From the NCBI GenBank assembly GCA_041752695.1, contig JBGSVZ010000031.1, forward strand, positions 64,001 through 128,000: DNA of 64,000 nucleotides, written 5' to 3'. Source of the stretch: Terrimicrobiaceae bacterium (GTDB lineage: Bacteria; Verrucomicrobiota; Verrucomicrobiia; Chthoniobacterales; Terrimicrobiaceae). Both the position numbers and the translations under genes were made by a program. Positions 38,884-48,886 of the stretch are shown here, piece after piece. Positions within the stretch are counted from its first letter, which is position 1, and each line of letters begins with the position of its first letter. The notes beneath the pieces are model-generated. The model worked only from the letters and a program-made list of their open reading frames with translations. It did no database searches and was not told the DNA's origin.

Positions 38884-41865
38884 TTAAAGTTGGTCGGTCT
38901 GCACATACCAGATGCCTAGGCCGGGCGTGCCGAGGTAGAGGCGGCCGAAGGTTTGCCGGTCGGCCATGAGCATATAGCTGCCGAGATTTTCAAAACCGAT
39001 GCGCGGGAGGGTCTGCCACGTTTTGCCGGCGTCGAGCGAGCGGTGGAGGCCATCGGCAAGGCCATCCGCACCTTTGCCATAGACATAGACGGCTGGCTCA
39101 CTGCCGGGCTTCGTCGGGTCGCCCACGCCCGCGCTCACGAGCAGCGGACGACTGCCGGGGAACTCCGGGGATTTCGTAAAAGTCGCCCCGAAATCCGTGC
39201 TGTGCCAAAGGCCGCCGCCGCCAAGCGCGAGCCACAGCTCGCCGGCGCGACCGGGCGTCGCCGAGAGTTGCACGGGCGAGACGCTGTCATGGATATTCGC
39301 CCCAGGCAGGTCGCTTTTGGTAGCGGTCCATGTCTCGCCTCCATCGCGGCTCACCCAGAAGACGCCGGGCTGTTCTTTGCCGCGATACTGGTAGGCGTAA
39401 AAGGTCTTGCCGTCCACGCGGTCGGAGCCGGTGGCGAGGGCAAAGTTGTAGCCGCTGTTTTTGTTGTAAATGTGCGGCATCGGTTCACCGGTGCCCGCGA
39501 CTTTTGCGGGCTTCCAAGTGCTGCCACCATCGGTGGTGAAAAACGGCGATTGCGAGTTGCCGGGGAAATAGACCGCGCGTCCGGGCTCGGTGGCGGAGAC
39601 GGCGACTTTGCTACCCGCCTGCTCCTGGCCGGGCAGCGGGTTGGCGGTTTCCACCCACGTTTTGCCGTTGTTGGTCGAGCGCAGGAGTTTGGCCTGATTG
39701 GACCCCTGATGGCCCGGCTGAAAGGATTTCGCGGCGTAAACGATGTTCGGGTCGGCTTCGCAGAAGTCCACGTTCGTGACGTAGGTGGACCAATCGCCCG
39801 GTGCCATGATGTAGGAATTCCCTTTTTGCCCCAGCCCCGGGGCCGTGAAGATATCCGTGTGGCGGAAGCCGCGAATGTCCGAGACGCCAGTGAACATCAC
39901 CGCGGAATCGGTCATCCCCTCGACCTCGGGCAGCGTGGCCATCGAGAAGGTGAGCGTGATCTCCGCGCCGTCGAGCTGGGTTTCAAAAACGACCGGATCG
40001 GCCCACGCATCCTGGGTGCGCCAGACGGAAAAAACATCGGTGACATAAGCCCCCTTGGGGTTTGTGGGATCAAAATCGATGCTGGTCGCCGCGAGCATGG
40101 CCGCGACGCCGGGATCCCAGGGCTGCGCGACGCTGCGCTCCTGCTTGGATGGCTGAGTCCACGTTTTGCCGCCATCGGTGCTGCGGAAGAGTTCGCCGTT
40201 GGGCGATTTCAGGGGCTGGCGAATGGCGAGCACGCGATTGGAGTCGTTCGCATCCACGGCCACGGTCTTGTAAAGGCCTTCGCCGGCCGGAGTCACGTCG
40301 TGCCAGCCTGTGGCATCGCGTCGTGCCAGTTTGGTATCGTGTGCCGCATAGACCACACCGTCCCGCGCGCTCCGCATCCACCGGATCGAAGGCTTTTCCA
40401 CCGCCAGCGGTTTGAAGCCTTCGTCAAAGGCAAAGGTGTCACCGCCATCGGTGCTGACATAGACGCCTTTTTCAAAGACGCCGACGTAGATGTTTTTCGA
40501 GCGTCCGTTGATTTTCTCGTTGGGAGCAATCACGACATTGCGGCAGCCCTCGGGAATATTGAGCACTTGCGTCCAGTTTTTGCCGCCATCGAGTGTGCGC
40601 CAGACGCCGTCCTTACGCGTGCCCCAATAAATGACTTCAGGATCGTTGGGATCCACCGCCAGACCCGGCCCCCACTGGCGAGCACCGCCCCCTTTGAAGT
40701 CCTGATTGCTGTTGGAGTATTTTTGCAAAACCTGCTTCCACGTTTTGCCGCCGTCCTCGGTTTTCCAAAGGCCGGTGGGGGCATTTTCGTGGCCGCCGTT
40801 GCCGAGATCCGCATAGGCAATCAACGCATTGGTCGGATGCAGAGCCATGCTGCTATTGCCAAAGCCGGGGCGTGGATTGAGCTCACTGACCACGGGAAGC
40901 AACTCCCACGGGGTTTCGGCGGAAGGGCGGTGCCACGGCCCGACCATGTCGCCCGTGAGATAGGCTTCGCCGGGTTTGGCCGGGCTGAAGTAGATGCCGG
41001 TGAACGTGCCGCCGCCGCCGATGACGACCTGGCCCATCGGCAGATCGAGCTTGGCCGAGATTTTCGCCGAGAGCTGCTTTTTCGGGGTGGGAATGTCGGT
41101 GAGCGGCGCGATGGTGGTATTGACCACGGGCTTGGGCGTGACCGCGGGCGGGATCGGCGAATGAATCCCGGCGGGCGAAGAAATCGTGAAGGTATCGAAG
41201 GTGTGGGTGGTCGTGCGTTTGGGCGCGTAGAGACCAAAGGCCACCAGCGGGCCAGCGGGCAGGGCGGACGGTGCGGCGGCGGAATCCAAAGCCAGCGCGC
41301 CGCCGGCGGCACCCGCGACGGGTTTGTAGTTGAGCGGTCGCCATTGGGCGCCGGCAAATTTCAGCTCCTGCGCGCTGCTTTTGTTGATGCTGAGTTTGGC
41401 CGCCGCTTCATCTTGCGTGAAGCCTTGTGCGGAAACGAACCAGGGATCGCTTGCATCGCGTCCATTGCCGTTGGCATCCACCTGCACGGCGACGTGTACG
41501 GCGTCCGTCGCATTGCTGAGGGATTGATGCCAGGAGATTGCGGTGACGGCATCTTTGGCCACGTATTCGGAGGTCCAGAAAAGATACGTGTCGCCCTGCG
41601 GCAAATAGACAAACCCCTGCCAAAACGCATCGCTGGAGGGCGCGGAATTCACCGCCGCCGCAGCTGTGGCACCGGGCGCACCGCCCCAGATCGGCTGCGT
41701 GCTGGCATCCCACGCTTTGTCGCTGATGTGATAGTTCCAGCCGCTCGCACTGGCACCCGGGCCGGAAAGAAAAGTCTCCCGGTAAAGCACGCCCTCGGCA
41801 AAAGCGGACGTGGCAAGGCCGAGTGAAATGAACAGCGTGGAGAATGAAGTCGGGCAGAATTTCAT
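38884..41865 (-). CDS. Secreted GH74-like (BNR/Asp-box propeller) glycanase with extra N-terminal domain
   Basis: VVIGGGG, GDMVGPW, many SxDGGxTW boxes, GVSDIRGFRH, ADRQTFGRLYLGT. Start ATG 41865. Confidence 0.85.
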   Translation of the reverse strand: MKFCPTSFSTLFISLGLATSAFAEGVLYRETFLSGPGASASGWNYHISDKAWDASTQPIWGGAPGATAAAAVNSAPSSDAFWQGFVYLPQGDTYLFWTSEYVAKDAVTAISWHQSLSNATDAVHVAVQVDANGNGRDASDPWFVSAQGFTQDEAAAKLSINKSSAQELKFAGAQWRPLNYKPVAGAAGGALALDSAAAPSALPAGPLVAFGLYAPKRTTTHTFDTFTISSPAGIHSPIPPAVTPKPVVNTTIAPLTDIPTPKKQLSAKISAKLDLPMGQVVIGGGGTFTGIYFSPAKPGEAYLTGDMVGPWHRPSAETPWELLPVVSELNPRPGFGNSSMALHPTNALIAYADLGNGGHENAPTGLWKTEDGGKTWKQVLQKYSNSNQDFKGGGARQWGPGLAVDPNDPEVIYWGTRKDGVWRTLDGGKNWTQVLNIPEGCRNVVIAPNEKINGRSKNIYVGVFEKGVYVSTDGGDTFAFDEGFKPLAVEKPSIRWMRSARDGVVYAAHDTKLARRDATGWHDVTPAGEGLYKTVAVDANDSNRVLAIRQPLKSPNGELFRSTDGGKTWTQPSKQERSVAQPWDPGVAAMLAATSIDFDPTNPKGAYVTDVFSVWRTQDAWADPVVFETQLDGAEITLTFSMATLPEVEGMTDSAVMFTGVSDIRGFRHTDIFTAPGLGQKGNSYIMAPGDWSTYVTNVDFCEADPNIVYAAKSFQPGHQGSNQAKLLRSTNNGKTWVETANPLPGQEQAGSKVAVSATEPGRAVYFPGNSQSPFFTTDGGSTWKPAKVAGTGEPMPHIYNKNSGYNFALATGSDRVDGKTFYAYQYRGKEQPGVFWVSRDGGETWTATKSDLPGANIHDSVSPVQLSATPGRAGELWLALGGGGLWHSTDFGATFTKSPEFPGSRPLLVSAGVGDPTKPGSEPAVYVYGKGADGLADGLHRSLDAGKTWQTLPRIGFENLGSYMLMADRQTFGRLYLGTPGLGIWYVQTDQL

Positions 41866-41959
41866 GGAATCTTGGAGGGTGTAAAAATGAGCAATCCATT
41901 TCGGAAAGCTCGGACACAACCAATGTAGTTTGGATTTTCGACCTGTCCCTCACAATGCC

Positions 41960-41975
41960 GCTTAAATTATCAAGC
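41960..41975. promoter_or_regulatory. 16-bp operator upstream of the GH74-like/GH39 genes
   Basis: GCTTAAATTATCAAGC. Confidence 0.75.
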
Positions 41976-42017
41976 AATCTTAGGAGAAAGTGAAAAACTA
42001 GCTGCTCGTCGATGAGT

Positions 42018-44348
42018 TTAGGATGTTGCGGATCGTGGCGTATCGCATTTCATGGCTTCGCCAGGCTGGAGTTTGTAGGAGGTGATGGATCCCGACTTCC
42101 ACTGCACGCGGTATTTGGCGGGGTAATCGGTGGGATTGGTGATGGTTAGACTTCCTGCTGCGTTCAGTGCTGCTGTGATGTGATCGAATCGCCAGACTTT
42201 GTCGCCATCGACATAGACGGAGGGCAGGTCGAGTTCACTGAGGAGCATGGCGTTGGCGGGCCAGACAGCGCTGATGCAGTAGGCCGTGCCGAAGTCGGCC
42301 AGGGCGTCGTTGAAGGACGCGCTCTCGGTCATTTGGCCAACCTGCAGTTCGCCCCAATGTTGACCGGGGCGAATGATCATTTGCATCGACATCCGGGTGA
42401 GGTCGGAGAGGAAATCCAGGAGACGGGTGAGGCCGGTGTGTTCGTAGAGGTCGAGGAGGAAACGTCCGCTGTTGACGCAGAGGCCGGGAGTCCCGCAGGC
42501 GTTTTGAGTCGAGGCAACCATAGCTCCGAAGGCGTGGAAGCCGTTGCGTCCGTGCATGCTTTCGGGGGGAAATTCGATGTGTTCATCGAGTGCCCACGTC
42601 GCAAGAAGATCGGCGGCTTGAACGGCCCACTGTAGATGTTGGGGGTCTTGGGTCACGGAGTGGAGATGCGTCAGCCCCTCGGCCAGGGCGGTCAGGCTTT
42701 CGTTGTCGGTCGTGCCCTGCATCACGTCGGAGGGACCGCCCCAGACATCACCGCGATTCAATCCTTCGCGAACGCATAGCTCCGCGAGGTTGGTGGCGAC
42801 GGTGAGCCATTCGGGCTGATTCCAACGCACCGAACCCCGTGCTAGCAAACCGATGGCACGTGATCCGCCGAAGCCTCCCGGCCAGGCCGCGCGTTCGGTG
42901 AGGGGATCGAGCAGGAACGGGAGATTGCCGTCGCGCCGCACGATTCGCACCAGGGCTTCGCACGCTCTGCGGAGAGCGTCATCCAAGCGATTCGCCAGCG
43001 CCACGTCGTCGTTGTTTCCGCCGTTACCCAAGGCATCCACCAGTTCCAATCCGTGCGGGATGGTGTCGGTGGTGCGCCGCACGGTCATGGCTCCCATGGT
43101 GTGAAACGTTTCCAGATTGCCATCGCTGCCGAGCCACTTTTCATTAAGGCGAACTCCGTAAAACAAGCCGCCCGGTGCCTGGGCTTCGTCGAGGAGGAGG
43201 CGGATCATTTGGCGGATGCGTTGGCGCACTTGTTCGCTGCCTTGGCCATACATTCCCATCATCATGGAAGTGCCGTGACCCCAGCCCAAGACGAGTTCGC
43301 GCGGGTTTTCCAGTTCGCCGTTGCGATAGAATCCCGCGTCGTTCCAGCGATGATCGTCGAGCCACTGAATAAGATGCGCTGTGGCGTGACTGCGCGGCAT
43401 GACATCGGGAATACCCGGAGCCACGCCCGTCTGGCCGGGAGCTTTTCCTTGCCGGCGCAACTCCCGTTCTCCCTGCCACGAGGTGACGAATTCGGGGATG
43501 GATGGAGCTGAGACAGGAGCCAGGCGCAGATCGACGTGGGCGCTTTCTCCATCGGTAAAAAGATGCGGACGATCCGGAGCTAAATCCCAATAACAAAGGC
43601 GATAGCGGCGATTGCGCACGCAGGGATTTTCGACGGTGACTTGATGGAAATCCGCATCAGGGTCGGCCGTATGGATGACGCCGAGCACACGTCCACTTTC
43701 CGCGCGTGCGTAGCCGAGATGAATGCCGCTTTGGTTCTCAGGATCATAGGCGCTGACCGAGGCCGAGGAGGCTTGATAACCCCAGATGTGCGCTGTCCAC
43801 CAGGTCGAAGCATCCTGCCGGGGAATGTCGGCGATGACTCGGCGCGAAAGGGATTGTTCGCGTGTCCTCAGTTCATAATCCGTCGGCAAAGGACAATAGG
43901 TGCGCGGCACCACGATATTGGCCCGGTTGCCATTGTAAATCGAGCCGGGAATGAGCGTGTAAGCCCGCCGGGGCGGAGCGGCAAACTGGGTGTGCACCCG
44001 CACCGAAGCCGCGCGCGGTTCGCCTCGACGGGTAAAGCGGGTGTTCAGCCGGAAGCCTTCGCCATCGACCGAAACCCGTGTTTCCGCCAACCACGCTCCG
44101 TTTTGCGTGTCCAATATTTCGCCCTGCAAAATCCAAGTCGCGTCTTCGGAAAGATCCACTTGCGACCACGCTGCCCGACGTTCTCCATCAGGGAGATTGT
44201 TCCCCTTTTGATACCAGCAAACTCCGAGTGGCTGACGAAACGAAGCACAGGTCTCGATGCCGGTACCAGCGTGGATTTCATATCGATTGTCAGCGATTAT
44301 TAGCCGCAGCCAACGATCTCCGGTTCTAAGTTCAGCGAGGGGATCCAT
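42018..44348 (-). CDS. Large hypothetical protein, probable beta-sandwich plus (alpha/alpha) toroid
   Basis: 776 aa, no signal peptide; helical repeats such as LTHLHSVTQDPQHLQWA and LLDLYEHTG. Confidence 0.65.
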   Translation of the reverse strand: MDPLAELRTGDRWLRLIIADNRYEIHAGTGIETCASFRQPLGVCWYQKGNNLPDGERRAAWSQVDLSEDATWILQGEILDTQNGAWLAETRVSVDGEGFRLNTRFTRRGEPRAASVRVHTQFAAPPRRAYTLIPGSIYNGNRANIVVPRTYCPLPTDYELRTREQSLSRRVIADIPRQDASTWWTAHIWGYQASSASVSAYDPENQSGIHLGYARAESGRVLGVIHTADPDADFHQVTVENPCVRNRRYRLCYWDLAPDRPHLFTDGESAHVDLRLAPVSAPSIPEFVTSWQGERELRRQGKAPGQTGVAPGIPDVMPRSHATAHLIQWLDDHRWNDAGFYRNGELENPRELVLGWGHGTSMMMGMYGQGSEQVRQRIRQMIRLLLDEAQAPGGLFYGVRLNEKWLGSDGNLETFHTMGAMTVRRTTDTIPHGLELVDALGNGGNNDDVALANRLDDALRRACEALVRIVRRDGNLPFLLDPLTERAAWPGGFGGSRAIGLLARGSVRWNQPEWLTVATNLAELCVREGLNRGDVWGGPSDVMQGTTDNESLTALAEGLTHLHSVTQDPQHLQWAVQAADLLATWALDEHIEFPPESMHGRNGFHAFGAMVASTQNACGTPGLCVNSGRFLLDLYEHTGLTRLLDFLSDLTRMSMQMIIRPGQHWGELQVGQMTESASFNDALADFGTAYCISAVWPANAMLLSELDLPSVYVDGDKVWRFDHITAALNAAGSLTITNPTDYPAKYRVQWKSGSITSYKLQPGEAMKCDTPRSATS

Positions 44349-44351
44349 AAT

Positions 44352-46715
44352 TTATGGTTTCGCCGGAACGCCGTAAACGATCCCGCTGGCGCCTTCGCCG
44401 AGATAGACGCGCCCGTAAACCTGACGGTCGGCGGCGAGCACGCGTATGCCGGTGCCGATGTAGCCATCTAACTTGGTCCAAGTGGTTCCGAGGTCGGTGG
44501 AACGATAAACGCCCGTTCCTTCCGAACCTTTGCCATAGACGTAGACCGTAGGGTTACTGCTGCCAGGGGCTTCTTTGCCGAAGGCGACCATTTGGCTAAG
44601 ATCGACTTCGCCCGTGAATTCCGGCACTTTCGTAAAGGTTTCACCGAAGTCGCTGCTCCGCCAAATGCCATTGTCATTCAAGCCCATCCAGATCTCGCCG
44701 GCTTTTCCTGGGCAGACCGCCATCGTGATCGGAGCGGTTGCCGGACCTTTGCCACCGCGACCCAACATGGGTTTGCCATCGGGTTTATTCCACTCCTTCT
44801 GCGTCCAGGTGGCACCGCCATCGGTGCTCACGAAAAAGCCGGGGTTTTTCCACGTCGAGTAGGCGTAAAAAACGCCATCTTTGACCCGATCCGCCCGCAC
44901 GGTGGCGTCCCAATCGTAAGCGTCAATCGAGCCGCTCACGTAAAACGGCGCGTCCGTTCCTGCGATTTTGCACTCCTCCCACGTATTGCCTCCATCTTTG
45001 GAGTAGCGGGCGATTTGTCCGTTGGCCGGACCGAAGACGACGTTGGAGCCATCCGGAGACATCGCAACGTCGCCGCCGATGCTGCCTTTGTCGGCTATGG
45101 GGCGGTTCATCAGTTCCCACGTCATCCCGCCGTCCTCCGAACGCAGCACGTTACTGATGGAGTTGCGCCAATCCTTACACGCCATCATCACCAGCGGATT
45201 GCTTTCGGCGTAGTCGTAGCCAGTGACGTAAGAGTGACCGTAGTCGTTGAAATCCTTGCGTTCGCGGCCCTCTACCCAGCTGCCGATGGGCGACTGGTCA
45301 AGGTCGGTGTGGCGAAATCCGCGCACGTCCGAGACGCCGGAGTAAAGCGGAGCGGTTTTGCCCGTAGGCTCGGCAGGCGGGGTGCAGAGGTTGAGCGTGA
45401 TGACGTCCTCGGCGTTACGGTTGTCCAACTCCCACGTGATCTCGTCACTCCAGATGTTTTCGGTGCGGTAGTTTTGGAAGACGCCGAACATGTAGCCGCG
45501 GTTCGGGGTGTGGGGATCGATGGCGAGGCCGCCACTGTTGATAAGGTGACGGAGCCCGAGCTTATCCTTGGCCCAGCCGGTGACGCTTTCGCCGAGTTTA
45601 TGGGTGGTGACAGTCCAGGTCGCGCCCGCGTCGTTGCTTTTCCAGATTTCCCAGTTTCCCACCACGCGAGGCGGCTTGCCCTCGATCGGGGTAACCTTGG
45701 CCGACATGCCGGTGATGATGACTTGATCCGAGTTACCCGGATCGACCGCGAGGCCCCAAGTGCCGCGACTTTTCATGCTCTCGGGGAAGTCGGGATACAT
45801 GCCGGGGGCTCCTTCCGGTTGAACATTCACGCCGGTTTTCGGGCTGATGTCGGTCCAGTTATCCGGCGTTCTTCGGGGGTCGTCATTGCGAAACACACCC
45901 ATCGTTCCCGTGGCGTAGAGTCGTCCGTTGCCGCCCATCCGCATCCAACGCACATTGGTCGGGCTGCCGGCCATGAGGGTGAACGTGTCGCCGCCGTTAT
46001 CCGAACGAAACACGCCCAAACCCGCCACTGCGACATAAACAAAGCGAGAACGATTCTGAAATTTTTCTACCGGATCGACCACCACACTGCGGCTGAAGAA
46101 ATCAATTTCACCCGGCTGTTGAGGAAGAACATTTGTAAAAACGGGCTCCGCTTCGTCGGCATTAATCGAACGATAAAGTCCGTCGGTTTTGGTGCGGAAA
46201 TAGACGACATTGGCGTTCTTGGGATCGATCACCACGTTCGGCCCGAATTGACGTCCTTTGTTGAGAGAAAACGCGTTCGACTCGACATCCTTCACGCGCA
46301 CCCAATTTCTTCCAGCGTTAGTGGTTTTATAAAGATCATCCCGCTTGGTGTAGTCCTGCGTGAAGTTGGAATAGGCAATATCGGGATTGGTCGGATGCAC
46401 GGCCAGACCGGCACTCGACCCGTTGAGGAATGGCTCGGTGTAGCTCCGATCAAAATTGCAGGAGAGCCACGGCTCAGTGATGGCATCCCGCCGCCAGGGA
46501 CCGGCCACGTCGGAGCGGAGGTAGGCCCGATCTTTCTGGGAAGGGGCGAATTCCACGCCGATGTAATAACCTCCGCCTCCGATCACGACCGGTTTCCATT
46601 GGTAGGCTTCCGTGGGTTGTGCGATGGCGGAAATGCCGGGCAATACCGTCAGGCCAACCAGTAACGATGCGGAAGCGATTCGAGATAGGGAGACCGGCTG
46701 AAGGAATGTTTTCAT
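44352..46715 (-). CDS. Secreted GH74-like glycanase
   Basis: YQWKPVVIGGGGY, YLRSDVAGPW, Asp boxes, GVSDVRGFRH, ADRQVYGRVYLG. Confidence 0.88.
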   Translation of the reverse strand: MKTFLQPVSLSRIASASLLVGLTVLPGISAIAQPTEAYQWKPVVIGGGGYYIGVEFAPSQKDRAYLRSDVAGPWRRDAITEPWLSCNFDRSYTEPFLNGSSAGLAVHPTNPDIAYSNFTQDYTKRDDLYKTTNAGRNWVRVKDVESNAFSLNKGRQFGPNVVIDPKNANVVYFRTKTDGLYRSINADEAEPVFTNVLPQQPGEIDFFSRSVVVDPVEKFQNRSRFVYVAVAGLGVFRSDNGGDTFTLMAGSPTNVRWMRMGGNGRLYATGTMGVFRNDDPRRTPDNWTDISPKTGVNVQPEGAPGMYPDFPESMKSRGTWGLAVDPGNSDQVIITGMSAKVTPIEGKPPRVVGNWEIWKSNDAGATWTVTTHKLGESVTGWAKDKLGLRHLINSGGLAIDPHTPNRGYMFGVFQNYRTENIWSDEITWELDNRNAEDVITLNLCTPPAEPTGKTAPLYSGVSDVRGFRHTDLDQSPIGSWVEGRERKDFNDYGHSYVTGYDYAESNPLVMMACKDWRNSISNVLRSEDGGMTWELMNRPIADKGSIGGDVAMSPDGSNVVFGPANGQIARYSKDGGNTWEECKIAGTDAPFYVSGSIDAYDWDATVRADRVKDGVFYAYSTWKNPGFFVSTDGGATWTQKEWNKPDGKPMLGRGGKGPATAPITMAVCPGKAGEIWMGLNDNGIWRSSDFGETFTKVPEFTGEVDLSQMVAFGKEAPGSSNPTVYVYGKGSEGTGVYRSTDLGTTWTKLDGYIGTGIRVLAADRQVYGRVYLGEGASGIVYGVPAKP

Positions 46716-46848
46716 AGGATTCAGGGAAGAGAGGGGTTGACGCTGGCAAGACGCATTTGTGCGATACGATCAGCGACTAAAACCTTACACTTCGGAGGGG
46801 CGATGATAAATGGATGTTCTGTTCAAAAATTTATGTAATTTAATCACG

Positions 46849-47637
46849 ATGAATACTCCGTTTACCTTTCGGCATCACAATCATTTACCCGGATTTCAAA
46901 ATTGGGTGGATCGCACATTCCCCGGCATCCATGCCCTGAACTACGCCCACAGCGGACGCGTTCTTTGGGGCATCGACGGAAGTCCTTTGCGGGAACTCCA
47001 CGGCCCGGTCGCGTGGTGGACCTGGCCGGGGCCGCGCTTTACCTACGGGTGGCGCGAATCTCCGACCTGGGATCATCGCTATTTGACTTTTCACGGACGC
47101 TGGGCCGAAGACCTGGCGGAATTGGGATGGTTTCCGACGCAGGCGGCGACGGCGTTTTGTCCCATCTCCGATGCGGATTCGTTTCGGTTGCGGATGGATC
47201 GTTTGTTTATGCACATCGAAGATCAGCAAACCGACCGTGCGTGGGCGATCCTGCTCGATTTATTCCAAACCATTCGCGACGAACAATCGCAGCAACAACA
47301 ACTCGAGCCGCGCGTCAAAGCGCTGCGGGCCCTGATGACCGCCATTCACGAACGGCCCGCCGATAATTGGCGGGAAAACACCGCCGCCCAATCGTGTGGC
47401 ATCTCCCCACCACATTTCCGGCGTCTGTTTCGAGCCGAAGCCGGGCTGCCTTTTTGGAAATATGTCTGCGCGGAACGCATGGCCCTCGCTGCATCCTGCC
47501 TGCGGCGTGGTTCACCGGAAATCAAAGAAATCGCCGAGCTCTGCCGTATGCCGGACGTCTATCATTTCTCCCGAATGTTCCGCGCCCACTACGGCCAACC
47601 CCCCGCCCGCTACCGGCAGGAATTAAGGAATCCTTAG
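46849..47637 (+). CDS. AraC-family regulator
   Basis: ISPPHFRRLF...IKEIAELC...YHFSRMFRAHYGQPPARYR. Confidence 0.92.
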   Translation: MNTPFTFRHHNHLPGFQNWVDRTFPGIHALNYAHSGRVLWGIDGSPLRELHGPVAWWTWPGPRFTYGWRESPTWDHRYLTFHGRWAEDLAELGWFPTQAATAFCPISDADSFRLRMDRLFMHIEDQQTDRAWAILLDLFQTIRDEQSQQQQLEPRVKALRALMTAIHERPADNWRENTAAQSCGISPPHFRRLFRAEAGLPFWKYVCAERMALAASCLRRGSPEIKEIAELCRMPDVYHFSRMFRAHYGQPPARYRQELRNP

Positions 47638-47659
47638 TGGCAGCCAATGGCGATTTTCC

Positions 47660-48052
47660 TCACAAAAGCAGCGCTGGATGACCTGGCCGCACGGCCTTGA
47701 TAGGGGATCGTTTGTAATCCGAAAGGTTGCGGGTGACGATCACTTGCGCCCCGAAGAGTAAAGCGGACGAAGCTTGCATGGCGTCCTCCAAGTCCCCGAA
47801 CCCGAGTTCCAATGCCCTTTTCATCTCCGAAGTACCCGTTCCGCGAATCACACAAAAGTCGGTGAGTTCTTCGATGAACTTCCAGGCTCCGTCCTCGCTC
47901 AGGTAATGAATATTGGCCATGCCATGCCAGGAGACTGCGCATTGTCCGGGATGCGTTTCCGCCCAGTCAAGCACCGCCGCGCTCTCCTCAAAGTGGCCAT
48001 TTCGTTCCAGCAACACATCCAAGAGGATATCCGTGTCAATGAAGATGCGCAT
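47660..48052 (-). CDS. PIN-domain (VapC-like) toxin
   Basis: IFIDTDILLDVL...DLEDAMQ...IVTRNLSDY. Confidence 0.9.
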   Translation of the reverse strand: MRIFIDTDILLDVLLERNGHFEESAAVLDWAETHPGQCAVSWHGMANIHYLSEDGAWKFIEELTDFCVIRGTGTSEMKRALELGFGDLEDAMQASSALLFGAQVIVTRNLSDYKRSPIKAVRPGHPALLL

Positions 48053-48053
48053 C

Positions 48054-48290
48054 CTACTTGGTCAGTTTGTATTTGGCCTGCAGCCGTGCGGCACGCTCGT
48101 CGAGAGGTGCGGAAAGCTGCATCTTACCCTTCCAGCGTTGGGAGAAAGAACGGCTGCGTTCCTTTTGAGGCGGGCCGGAAGCCTCAACCAGAAGTTTTTC
48201 CACCAGTGCGGACAGGCTGATTCCCTGGCGGCGAGCCACATCTTTGGCCCGGTGGGAAACTGTCATGCGGAATTTTACCTGTCCCTCCAA
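48054..48290 (-). CDS. RHH-type antitoxin (DUF6364-like), 5' end uncertain
   Basis: RAKDVARRQGISLSALVE; stop immediately before the PIN gene. Confidence 0.65.
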   Translation of the reverse strand: MEGQVKFRMTVSHRAKDVARRQGISLSALVEKLLVEASGPPQKERSRSFSQRWKGKMQLSAPLDERAARLQAKYKLTK

Positions 48291-48322
48291 CTGGCCTATT
48301 CTTCTCGGAATGTTGTGCGGCC

Positions 48323-48799
48323 TTACCCCTTTTCATCCGCCCGATTTGCAGGTGATTGCACCGTGAAGTTATAGAAATAGAACTCCCGATCCCTTTGCCA
48401 GCCTTCGCGTTCGTAGAGTCGCTGTGCGGCCACGTTGGTGATGGCAGTGCTTAGTTGGAGTTGGACGGCATGATTAGCCTGGGCAAAATCCGTCGTCGCT
48501 CTCAAAAGTTCAGCCCCAACGCCCCGCCCCCGGCTCTCCGGGCCCACAAATAGATCGTCAAGAATATAAACCGGTCCCGCCGCCAATGAGCAAAAGCTCG
48601 GGTACATTTGCACAAAACCAAGCGCCTGCCGCTCCTCGCCCAGCGCCAAAAAGACGACCGACTGTCCGAGTACCAGCCGTTCCTCCAAAAATGTCCGCGC
48701 CAGAACCAGATCAGACACGTACCCGTAAAACTGCCGATACCCATCGAAGAGCGGCACCAGTGCCTCTAGATCATTCAAAGTGGCTTGGCGGATATTCAT
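48323..48799 (-). CDS. GNAT acetyltransferase
   Basis: LFDGYRQFY, LDDLFV..RGRGVG, NVAAQRLYE. Confidence 0.9.
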   Translation of the reverse strand: MNIRQATLNDLEALVPLFDGYRQFYGYVSDLVLARTFLEERLVLGQSVVFLALGEERQALGFVQMYPSFCSLAAGPVYILDDLFVGPESRGRGVGAELLRATTDFAQANHAVQLQLSTAITNVAAQRLYEREGWQRDREFYFYNFTVQSPANRADEKG

Positions 48800-48886
48800 G
48801 TAAAGCGGAAAATTATCTTCCCGAAAATCATTTACCCATTCCTCTGACGTCCGCGAACCTCAGTCATTCGCACGCGGTTCTGCGGG

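Noticed and set aside
38953..46664. 957-aa and 690-aa plus-strand ORFs
   Set aside because: Antisense shadows of the GH74-like genes, expected with high GC3; no motifs.
34340..46846. Weak operator-like matches near 34340, 38806 and 46830
   Set aside because: Only about 10-11 of 16 matches in AT-rich DNA; not counted.
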